DNA of 61,412 nucleotides, filler included, from Perkinsus olseni (Eukaryota): NCBI GenBank assembly GCA_013115125.1. It is 9 parts of 9 records of this genome, joined end to end, with 100 filler letters (N's around TTAATTAATTAA, not from the genome) between each part and the next. Parts side by side here need not be neighbours in the genome. Positions count along the whole stretch, not along the records: positions 47,927 to 54,625 come from JABANN010001073.1; positions 54,726 to 61,412 come from JABANN010001074.1; 7 more parts are not named here. One strand, 5' to 3'. Shown piece by piece: positions 50,262 to 61,043 of this stretch (position 1 is its first letter; each line of letters starts with the position of its first letter). The notes under the pieces were generated by a model. It saw only the letters and a program-made list of their open reading frames with translations, ran no database searches and was not told where the DNA came from. The position numbers and the translations under genes were made by a program.

Positions 50262-53038
50262 GTGCAGTAGATACATATAGGTTGCCACGACTTCCACGAT
50301 ACTTTGAACGACATGCCAGCTCCCACTACTCGGAGTCCTTGGCGATACATACGCCTCGCATCAAAAGAGTCCTTGGCATAATAATACTCAATCCACTTGA
50401 TCTGCTGACTCTCACTATAGCACCCCTGCCTGGATTCAGGCCACTTTTCCTGTTGTTGGCGCTTTCAACTCGCAGCAATTCGCCTATCGTTCACCGAGTT
50501 CCGATGCCACTCATCCTTATAGTCTCGCTTCCAACTCTTCTGATAGTCTCAATGCCACTCGCCATCGGAGTCCTTTCTTCAATTCTTCTGATAGTCCCAT
50601 TGCCTCTCGCCATCGCAGTCCTTCTGCCCCTCAAGTCTCGCCTCCGCATAGGGCTCCGAGGTTGAGGGCCTCAACCTCGGAGCCCTCCTGCTGCTTGTCC
50701 TCGGACTCCGAGGTCGGAGTCCTCCCGCCACTGTCGTTGCTGCTGCTTCCAGTGTGGCTGCTGCAGCTCCCCATACTGCTGCTGCCCGTGTGGCTGCTGC
50801 GGCAGCTCCTCATGCTGCTGTTGTTGTTGTCCGCGCTGCTACCCGTGTGGCTGCTGCTCATCCTCCCGCTGCAAAGGTTGAACTCCTCCGGGGGGGCTGA
50901 GTGCCTCAACTTGAGGCATATAACCTTCTAGTGTTCGGTCGCACAATTGTTCATCTTTCCTACCTGAACATCAAGAGTCGATCGGGATTCCCGATTCGGG
51001 AAGTAAAGACGCAATCACGACCTGTCGCGGCGGCTTCCCTTAATGCGGAAAGTTGTCTCCATAAGACGGTGGTTTCAACGGTGCTCCTCCCCATCATCAT
51101 AGGTCGGACCTGCAATTGAAGTTCAATTGTTCAATCATTGAACTGGGCATTGACAGCAGATACTCACCTGAGTGAGTCATCACCGAGCTCGCTCGCTCTC
51201 CATGATGGAGACTCCATCACCTTCCCCTCGCCGACTGGGATGTTGGTCGTCCCGAATGGGGACTTCCGATACCCTTATTGAGTGAACTGCCGTTCTGCCG
51301 CAGGATTCCTGCAGCAGGAGGCCGCCCGATCCCGCGGCAGCCTGGTAGCAGTCGGGTATGACGGCGGCAAGGCATAGTCATATTCTGTCGATGGTAGCGC
51401 CGAATAATTCGGTTGCCACGGAGAATCATAGAGCTGCTGAGCCGGCAGGTAGTCACATCGATTTGCCGGCTGAGGTGACCTATCGTAAGTCACTGGCTGC
51501 AACCGCGGTAAGAGAGTGTGGCACACTCAGTGTGCGGGTTCGGACCGAACCCGAACCGTTCGGTCACCGAACTTCGGTGGAAGTCCGCCACACACTTGCT
51601 AGTAGCAAGTTACTACTCCTACTGTTTCTGACAGGGCTACTGCTGGGGTGGTTGACTGGGCTGTTGCGGTTGCTGACAGGGCTGTTGCTGTTGCTGACTG
51701 AACTGCTGCTGTTGCTGTAGAGCTAACTCAGTTAGCCTAACTGCGACTCCTGACGGGGCTGGGCCTCCTGACGGCGTGACTGCTGCTGAGGGGCCGACTG
51801 TTGCTGTTGCTGACAAGGCCGCTGCTGCTGCAGCTGTTGCTGGCTGGCACAATTTGAAGTCGGCGCTTCATCACCTGACATTCGAACGTCATAAGGCTGT
51901 TCAAGACCGATGAGCTTCCGGGAGTTTCGGGGCAGAAGAGGTTGCAGCAGTCCAGTCCTACGAGTGTTAACCCACAGAAAAACTCAGCAGAGGAATCCCA
52001 AAAGACCTGAAACTTTTGGGCGGAGAGTCCTTGCAGTCCAAGCTCAGCAAATTCATTACATGAACGTAACCCCAAGCGTAGGCGTAGCCGAGGGAAGTAG
52101 ACAGAGAGACAGTCCAAATGGTACTGTACGCAAGCCCAAATCCGAAGAAAACTCCAGCTCCGAGACGAAGCTGAGGAATTCCAGGGAAGAGCAAAAGTAG
52201 TCCAAGGCTTGGACTCCAAGCGAACTCCATACGCAACGTAGTGGCGTAACCGAACGCGAGACGCAACGCAACGCCTATTACCGGGACATCGTACGCCTAT
52301 TGGCGTATCGCCCCTACTACGAGTCGTAGTCTACGACCAATGCACTCACGGGCAGTAACCAGTAGCAGCATCATCCCTCAACCCCAAAAATATGCAGTAC
52401 ACAGTGTGTACTGCATACAGTGAAACATGATCGAAATGCCAAAGTATCACCCCACGCCACGTTGAGGCGCTAAACCATATGGGAGGCGAGACGAAACGTG
52501 CCAGAGAACATTGTCGGGCTGTTCAGTAAAAGACCCATATGCCAGTCCCAGGATCGATCTTGAGGATTTATTTTGAAGATCGATCTTGGAAACGTGTTCA
52601 GGGAAGTCGGTCCTGAAACTCTTCAGGACTGATCCCGGGATCGATCTCAAACACTGTTCATAAAACACGATCTTGAAACCTAATCCTGGGATCGATCCCG
52701 GGACCCCGTTCGGTGCATAACTTGCACCCACTCGACAACTTGAAATGTTCCACTGCCGTCCACGGCCATCTCAAATTCTGCACGAGTATACGTAAGTCCC
52801 GGAGTTCCCCAGGCGAGGATCGAACCTGGGTCATTCGCTCAGTACATACGAATAATTCTGGTGAAGTACGCTGGGACTTTGTGTGGTTTGGTGTTGTTTC
52901 GCGCGCCACGGAGCCCCCAGGATCGGTCTACAGTGTAGACTCTACACCAGTCCTTACAGCAATTTTGGGCGAGCGAGATTGTTCCGTGAGAATTGGACAA
53001 AATCCGTGAGAAAATGAATTTACTCCCGGGTAACCTCC

Positions 53039-53207
53039 ATTCATACATCGCTGTTTCATACATTGTAGGTTTCGTCCACGATTGTTTCGTCCTGCTACTT
53101 CCGTCCATCTTTCATACACACCTCTTTCGTCCACGGGTCTTACGTACAAGATTCTTTCATCCACGCCGTTTCGTCCAATCATGCTCTAACTCCGCTTCTT
53201 TCGTCCA
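53039..53207 (+). repeat. Array of TTTCGTCCA-like motifs at ~15-bp spacing; probable DNA-transposon terminal array
   Basis: Exact copies at 53070, 53125, 53169 and 53199, with variants at 53085, 53099, 53110 and 53155. Confidence 0.7.
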
Positions 53208-53209
53208 GG

Positions 53210-54500
53210 GCTTTTCTTACAAGCGGTCCCAACTGGCGCTTACGCTCCTGCGAACTGAACCCACGAACTACGCAGGCTCTCAGAAACGCCTCCAAACCGC
53301 TCTCAAGACCCACACGGGAATTAGAGCCTATAACGATATCATCCATGTAGGGTTTCATGAACACATACAACAACAGATCTCGCGCATGTATACAGACCCC
53401 TTACCTTATCGAATACGAAGAAGCGCAGCTTTGATATGGCCAGGCAGCTTATGCTCAGCAAGGGTCACCAATCGCTTGAGCGCATCATTCAGACACGCTG
53501 GAGAGTAAGGCTACCCATCGGAGAGCTCCTCAACCGATAAACTTCAGATTGCCATACCAGACAAAACCAGTAACGACATTGCCGATCATTCTCCAACATA
53601 TAAAAGGCACACTCCAAATCCAAAATCCCAACATACGGGAAAGCTGGAAACGTGAAGAGCGCTGGCAGCACCCCCCGGCGGGGGGCCCCGCTTACTGCGA
53701 GCTAAAGCCGACCTATCCAAGTTGGATAATCCAACTGTCCTTGCCCACTGCCAATAAATCCCTTATAGTGCAAGCCGTTAAGTACCGGACGCACCGGAGA
53801 CGACTTCGAACTTGGGTTCAAGACAGGGAAGTGGTCGATAATACTTGCCACCAAGTTGGTGGCACCAACTCACCTGGCTGCAACCGGAGAATAGCCCCAA
53901 TCAACTCATATCGCTCGCAGACCGCCGAATAATCAGATAACAACCCCGATCGCACTAGGCGTTGTACAAGTCGGCGATCTTTATCGAAACTTTGACGCAG
54001 AGAACACGAACTAGCCAGTGCATTCTTCAGACCACTTGACGCCCACGGAACTTCGTAGTACGGTGACCGTACGTATATCGAAAGGCAACACACCATTCAC
54101 GTCGAAGTGTTGCGACGGCGTCAAGCCACGGAACAGAGTACGATTATCAAAGTCGAGAGTTCCCTCCGTCTCAACGAGCGGACTCACAGGGATTCCATTC
54201 TCAGCATCATTCTCAGGTTCATTCCCGCTCAACTCACGCCGAGGTGCAACTACAGCTTCGGACGAGTCATCTCCGAAGGCTCGTCCCCCAGCTCAGTAGC
54301 ATCAACATCGTACACGCGCTCTCGGATACTCCGAGATGGACAAGAAACCTCGTTTTCGAAACCTGTGGCGTTATTACCTTCATTCTTTTATTCTGCTCGT
54401 CGTCATCCCCGTCTTCCTGTGATGCTGGTCGCTTATACTTGCCTTTACCTTTTCCCCCTTTGGCCTTGCCCTTGGAGTAACCGTAGCCCTTCCTTGTCAA
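53210..54500 (-). pseudogene. Decayed reverse transcriptase ORF of an LTR/YR-class retroelement
   Basis: GILDLECAFYML, FCLVWQSEVYRLRSSPMG and KPYMDDIVIG in successive frames with several frameshifts. Basic KGKG-rich segment upstream. No RNase H or integrase seen. Confidence 0.82.
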
Positions 54501-54725
54501 GTCATCTGTACTACTGAAGTTTCAGTAAAAAAACTGTAACAAAATAAACTGTAAAAAACTGCGGGGTAAAACCATCGATTGCAAGGCCGAATTCAATCCA
54601 CGGGTGCGTTACAAAGCTCAAGGTANNNNNNNNNNNNNNNNNNNNNNNNNNNNNNNNNNNNNNNNNNNNTTAATTAATTAANNNNNNNNNNNNNNNNNNN
54701 NNNNNNNNNNNNNNNNNNNNNNNNN

Positions 54726-54955
54726 GCCTGTTCTTGTGGCATTCTCACTCTCTCATTCGCGCTGCAAAATAGGAACCAAGCCTGGATATCGTCATCCGTG
54801 GTTTGGAAAACATTCATTTCTATCCACCCCAGCGTGCCGACAGCAGTTGAAGTGGCCCCGTAGTAACGTCCTGGTCCAATCTTATCGACCTTCTCTCCTC
54901 TGGCGAAGATGGACGATATCATTAGACTGCAAGTCTTGAGTAGTCGTGACATCAA
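54726..54955 (-). CDS. N-terminal fragment of a hypothetical protein, runs off contig
   Basis: Open frame to the contig edge (..IGPGRYYGAT..WIEMNV..AWFLF). No family recognised. Confidence 0.3.
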
Positions 54956-56402
54956 AAATGCCGCGTATTAGTAATACGGTATTACGAAAACTGAAGGAAA
55001 GCATTTTACCGAGGGTCATCCTCGGAGGATCCATCAGTGATGAATCCTGCTGACTCACCTGAATGTTGGAAACTATCCAGTCGCTCGAATCTCATGTTCT
55101 ACTTGCAGAGTGCACTAAAGCGCAGCAGTTGAGTTGGCTACGCCCGAGCTGCCTTCTATCTGCGGCAAAAGGCCCAGTTTCGGGAGACCAGTTTCTATCG
55201 GGCACCCAAGCAGCAGCGGCAGCAGTGCCTGACAGTAGCGCGCAAACGTGAAACCTATGGCTTAGGGGACGTGGGTGTTATGAAACTCGGCTGTCCTGAG
55301 AATCTGGGGTAGTAACAATGCACAACGCACCACTATAACTGGAGGGCCACGTAGGCACCTGTCAGGTGCGACGTGAGAACATCTCTACGCCATCTCTTAT
55401 GCCCGCATGTTCCGCATCGACTAACACCAGTATCGAAGCCATGGCCCGAATAGTGTAAACTATGCACCCCGAAACCTTGGTTTATTCGTGGAGGGCGAGA
55501 TGGAAAAGCTGATCGGTTAGCCGGCGCGACACACGCGTCAACGCTGGGAAGCAGCAAGACACCGAAATGCCGATTGACAACTAAAGACCAGATTCTGGTG
55601 TTCAGAGTCTGAACTTCAGACTCTGAACTTCAGAGTAGAATCGTAGAATTCGTGAGAAAGGCGTTCCTGCGTAGAGAAAACGAGCCAGGGTTTTCTTGGA
55701 GGGGAAATCGTCGGAGCGTAGGGTTCCCTAACAACAGTGGGACACACGCGCGAGGGAGACAAAGATACGCGTGCGACACAACGAGTGTACGCGTGCTCTC
55801 GTGGTACACGCGGTGACTTCCGGAGTCTAGGGACATCGTATAGCGTCTCGCGAACTCCTTTTTTTTTCTTTCTCTTGATGTCACACCTATACCAAAAGCT
55901 GTGTCGAGACCCATGGGGTCGTGGACCAGGTCATGGTGTAGCAGAAACAGTGTTGCTGCAGGTGTATGGGTACTCAGAACTGTCTTGATGAAGGTGGTTC
56001 GCTCCTAGTGGGAACTAGGCTTATCCCACCCGTGTATGCGGTCTTCCTCAAGAGCGTTGCGCGGATGGGAGTCTGGGCAACAACTGCCGCCGGCAGGTGA
56101 TGCTCTCGGCTCCTCTGACGATTCAATGGTCTGCCAGTGGCTTACGCTGAGTCAGCGCAAGCATCGCTGACGGGGACCGTCGTCGGACGACACGAGCCAC
56201 GCGGCGTGGATTCGCCAGATCAGCTCGTCCCCTGTGCGGGGTGAAGCCAACTGTGTGACACCTGTGTGCTACTCAGCTTGTGCGCTTAGTGCGTGGGTTT
56301 GCGTTGCGCTAGTGGGACAGAGACGTGTCAGCTCGAAGGCTACAGGGCAATCGTGAACACGGGTCCTTTAGGAGCTTGTTCATCCGTTGACTGACTGTAG
56401 CT

Positions 56403-57478
56403 TTGTCTAAGGAGCCGTTCACCGTCTCTCAAAATTTAGGGGATATTTTCTCCGGAGAACTTCTCGTACGTTCTCAGAGTGCACCGCAGGTTGATTTTCC
56501 TACCATGGCTGCCTCGGCCGAGGCCATTCTGCAGCGCGTTGTCGCTTCGGTCGCCCCTGGCGACGAGGAATGGGATGTGCAAGCCCGGGCCTTCGTGCTG
56601 AACGAGACTAAAGGCCTCTCCTTGCAGGTGGTAGCCAAGCTTCGAGATAGCTTCTGGGACGGCGCGGCGAAGGTCTCTATTCCCGGTGACGCGGGCGATG
56701 ACATCGTCGCTCGCAAACGTCAGCTTCTGTCCTCGGTGGGTATGGCGGTTACCTCCGAGACTGGCTCTTATGTCGACGTTGCGGCCGAGAGGGCTAAGAA
56801 AGACGCCACAGCGAAGCAAATTGAGGCTGACCTCAAGAAGCTCGTGGCAACAGCGTCCGCAAGACGTGGCCATGAGATCCCGTTCGCCCTCTTACCTTCT
56901 GCCAAGGTCGTAGCTGCGGTGCGTAATGGCAAGTTCACCGAGCTCGCGGAGTATCGTACCTTCTCCGCTAACGAGGCAAGCAGGACTCCGAACACCTGTT
57001 TGTACCAGGCGCCGAGGTACCAGGGTATCTCCTGAGATGGAGCATAGCCACCTGGCTGGCCTTTCCGGAGGGCAACCTGTTGGTCCTTATCTCATACTGC
57101 ATGAGAGTTCTCAGTCTCGCGTCGAAAGGTTGGGGTCGGGTCATCTTCTTCGACCGCTTCCACCGCAAAGCCGTCCCCAACAAGATGGCGTCTACCCAGT
57201 CCGAGGATATCTATAGGTGGTTCTCGGCCGATGAGGTGAGCTCGAGCTTTGCTGAAGCCGCCATCGAGTTTCAGACTAGGGAAACGGGCCCAGGCAGGCT
57301 TCCTCCGAAGAGTTCGGGCCCTTCGTCTGAAGCGACTGCGGTCGGGAAATCGACCCGTGGGAAGGGAGGCGGAGGCAAGCGGTCCGCCCCGTACGCGCGA
57401 GGCAAGGGTAAAGGCGAAGCTGACTCGAAGAAGGCAACCTCGGATCAGTCGGGTAAGGATGCCAAGGAACCAAAGTAG
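56403..57478 (+). pseudogene. gag-like ORF1, one frameshift near 56970-57035
   Basis: ORFs 56403..57035 and 57080..57478 join by a -1 shift. Helical core (YCMRVLSLA..GWGRVIFFDRFHRK) and basic Gly/Lys tail. Lies upstream of pol. Confidence 0.7.
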
Positions 57479-57713
57479 ATAGCTACTTGGACTTGGGCAG
57501 TCTCCTACTGTGGGAGGTTTACTGCGTTTCTGCGTCATTTACTGCGTTTGAGAGAAGAAGTTTCTGTGTGCCCTCGGTCTGCTTGAGTTGCACTGTGTCA
57601 ATATCAAGGGGCACGGAGCCACTGCCCGTGGCTCGCTGGCACGTCATACGGCGAGACTTGTCGGCAGTCGTCTTGTGTAGTGTTGTTCGGCTAGCGCCCA
57701 CGGCCGGTCAATT

Positions 57714-60700
57714 ATGCGTGCCCACAACACGTCCGCGGTCAGGAAAAGCATTGGGAGATCAGACGAAGCCAGGGCCCGCAGGAGAAGAATACAACGCGAG
57801 AAACAGCTAGAGGCCCGAGAATCGTCTATGTCTCTCCGTCGTCAGTTGGAGTTTCTAGAGAACCGCGCTCTGGAACAACGCGAGGATTGGGCTCGGGCGG
57901 AGGACTCCAAACTGACTACTGGCCTAGCAAAACCCGAACTCTGTGCCTGGGGAGTTGTGCACGGTCCACACTCGGAGATGCAAGCTGAGCTCAACAATAT
58001 CCTTACGGAGGCAGTGGACGAGGTGAGAGCCTCACCGGCTGGCAAATTCCTCGCCGGGTGGGTGAAGCTCTCCCGAGAGGACCAAGCAAACTTCTCGGAT
58101 TCCTGGACGGGGGTCGAAGAGGAAATTGACCGCGTGGCTTCGCGAATGCGAGACCGCTGGTGCCAGGCGCTCGGGTGCTCGAATCGGCAGTCTCTGAGCG
58201 GTTCTCCGCTGAGGGTCCCCCTTCTTAAAAGCCTGCTAAGCACATGGAGGGGTGGTGCCGCGGAGGATGAGTCTATCCTCGACGACGTGGACTCGGGCGT
58301 CAACATCGGGGTACGTTACCCCATCTCTCGCTCGCATATCTGGCCTGAGTACTCTGGTTCGTCGATATCCGACTACTACACTGTCTCGAGCTTCGAGAAG
58401 GACGCTTTCGTGAACTACGTGAGCGCGGAAGAGAACCCAGAGCAGGTGGAGAGGGAGCTCGAAAAGGCCGTGATGAAAGGCCACATGGTGGAAGTAGGCG
58501 AGGAGCTGCCGCCGGGACACGAGGATGCCGTTGTGAGCAGAGTTGCCAGCATACCCAAGGCGTCGGGCTCCTGGCGTATCATAGATGATATGAAACGTTC
58601 AGGGTTGAATACTCTGATAAAGATGAGGCACCACATGGTGGAGACCATATGCCTACCAACGAATCGTTGGCAACGATGAGGGCAGTCGCCTTGTTGCTGT
58701 CGCTGGCGTTATCATGGTTTTCCGCCGACGCAGTCATCATAGAGCTCGATGCTAAAGAGGCTTTCAAGCATCTACGGATCTCAAGTCTCGACGAGGTGTT
58801 CGTCTACAGCTGTGCGCCTGGGTCCAAGACCTTGTACAGGCATCTCCGCCTCGCGTTCGGTTGCATAAGTTCCCCGCTCTTGTGGGTGAATAGAGTACTC
58901 TGTGCCGCTCTGCAGCTGCAATGCATCGCCTACATCGACGACACCTCTTTCATCTCCAATTCCCAGCGTGCCTTTGACGACCTCGTTGCCATCGTGCTTC
59001 TCCACACCGCAGTCGGAGTCATCTCAGAACTCCGCAAGGCCCGGGCCTCACGAACGCCCCGCCTGCTCGGCTTTCAGTGCGACTTATCGAAAGAGCAGAT
59101 CGACATACCACAGGACAAGCTGTCCGGGATCGCAGAGCTCGGGGAAACTGTTCTCGCGGCCCACTCCCGCGGAGAGCCGGTCCGCGTGCGATGCGTCGAG
59201 ACTCTTCTGGGCAAGCTGATGTGGGCCTCACAATCCTGTATAAACTTCAGATGCCACCTGGGCCCCGTCTTTGCCTGGTGCAAGGCGGTTAAGAAGAGGC
59301 AGTCGAGGAGAGATGGGAAGGCCAGGAACGGCATTCGCAAGAACAATAGGGATCACACCGCGTATCTCGGGCGAGCAGCTCAGTCGAAAATCAGGCTCCT
59401 GCTCTCCGTCCTACAGTGCGAGTGGCTACGAGCTAGGTCGATCACTTCCGTCCTAGGCCGCGGACTGCTGCGGGGCCAATCTGCTGTCATCTCCGACGCC
59501 AGCCTCGAAGGCTTCGGTGGTACCTGCTGCGTTGTAGACTCGGCCGGTGAGAGACACCGCTGGTGGTTCGCAGTTTCTTTCGACGATGCTCGGGCCCTAT
59601 CCCTGGTGAAGGCTGTGGTGCCTTCCTTCCTTGGCGGCCAACAGTTTACTTCGGACGACGTCAGCTGCCTAGAACTAGTTGCGCTGGTCGTCGGTCTCCT
59701 GGTTATTCCCCGGGAGTATACCCGGCTGCCCTGTACCCTCCTCAGCGACAACACAAGTGCCGTCGCCGCCATCAACCGCAGCTATAGCTTGGTGCCCCGA
59801 ATGGCCCTGGGCCATTGGCCCATATATTGGCACGTCTGTCGGCTGTCAGGCGAGGCGATCGTCGTATACAGGCGTGTCACCTTCCGGGTATCGACAACGA
59901 GGTGTGTGACGGCCTCTCGCGAGGCTCCAGACCTCGCCCAGCTGCGGCACGTGTACTCGGTTCGTTCGTGGATGTCTCCTCGATCCTGTCCACTCTGGGC
60001 AACGTCAGCCTTATACGTCAGCCGAGTCAGCCTTATACTCACTCTTACGGTATTCGCAGGCCGGTGAAGGTCAGGGGCTCAGGCAACCGAGGGATCCCAA
60101 CGGTTGATGCGGAGACGGTCCAAACCGTGCTTGGAGCGGCGAGGGCTCAGCCCACGAACCGCAAATACGATAGCATTGTACGCAGGTACACCGACCTTCT
60201 GAACCGCATGAATGTGGTGACTCCCTGGCAGCTCAGCGGCCACAGTCTCGCGATCTACATCTCGGCTCTAACCCGGGAGGGAAAGGTGAAAGCCGAGACC
60301 ATCGAAGATTATGTCGGAAAGCTGCGCTGTGTGGGCAAGCAGTTTTCGGAGGGCCTCACCGGCCCTGAGAGTGAGTTGGTACGCCTCGCTCTCCAAGGCT
60401 CCAAACGTATTCTGGGATGGTCTGAGCCGGTGAGGGCCCGGACTCTCTCGGCTACTGAGCTAGCTACTCTTTCGAAGCTCGAGCCCAGTAGCGGCCGCGC
60501 GTGCGCCGTTGCTGCGTACCTGGTGGGCGTGTGTGGTCTCCTCCGTCTAAGAGAGGTGGCTGAGCTTCGAGTGTCAGACGTCGAATGGAGGGAGTCTCAA
60601 GACTCACGGTTCGCCGTGCTGAATGTCCGGCACTCGAAGACCGACCAGAGAGGTAAGGGTAGGCTAGTGGCGATCGGCTGCTGCACTGTGTCGGAGCCGT

Positions 60701-61043
60701 GCACTGCCACGGTTTGCCCACTCCATCGTCTCGCACGATGGATGGTGCGAGGAGGCCTTCCTGCGGCCCGCTGTTCGGCGCTTCTTACGAAGAGTTGGAC
60801 GTCGACATCCGGGAGCTGGTGGCGGCCGCATCGAACGGTGATGGCAGGCCGACGAGTCACTCGATGCGCCGCACAGGCTGCAGTGTAATGCTCCACGGCG
60901 GCGTCCTGATCACCGACCTCATCGACCACGGTCGCTGGGCGTCGGCTCGGAGCATTTTCACGGCGTACGGGAGAGGGCACAGCGACCGCCTCCCCCGGCA
61001 GGCGGCGTTCGCCGCGAAGCTGTGCGGCACCGAGGACCAGTGA
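57714..61043 (+). pseudogene. RT-RNase H-tyrosine recombinase polyprotein (~1,100 aa when repaired)
   Basis: RT: IPKASGSWRIIDD..GLN, LDAKEAFKHL, LAFG..SSP, YIDD. RH: SDAS..GFGG, LELVAL, SDN..AV, HLPGIDNEVCDGLSR. YR: LLRLREV, HSKTD, HSMRR, HGRW...Y. Frameshifts at ~58663, ~59808 and ~60770. Confidence 0.92.

Larger units (their letters stand above)
56403..61043 (+). mobile_element. Near-complete tyrosine-recombinase retrotransposon (DIRS/Ngaro class): gag-like ORF plus RT-RNaseH-YR, four frameshifts
   Basis: Domain order gag, RT, RH, YR. Termini not identified. Confidence 0.92.

Noticed and set aside
50282-51852. Gln-rich and Leu-rich ORFs in C8
   Set aside because: Low-complexity fragments broken by stops and palindromic inserts. 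No supportable product.
48583-53207. CRISPR-like arrays (237-bp tandem, TTTCGTCCA array)
   Set aside because: No unique spacers of constant length, no cas genes, eukaryotic context.
6824-54725. Regularly spaced TTAATTAATTAA within N runs, and any gene neighbourhood across them
   Set aside because: Artificial six-frame-stop linkers between size-sorted contigs. Adjacency across them has no biological meaning.
58649-59830. Programmed ribosomal frameshifting in pol
   Set aside because: The shifts fall inside RT and RNase H, lack slippery heptamers and are fully explained by 14-nt insertions.
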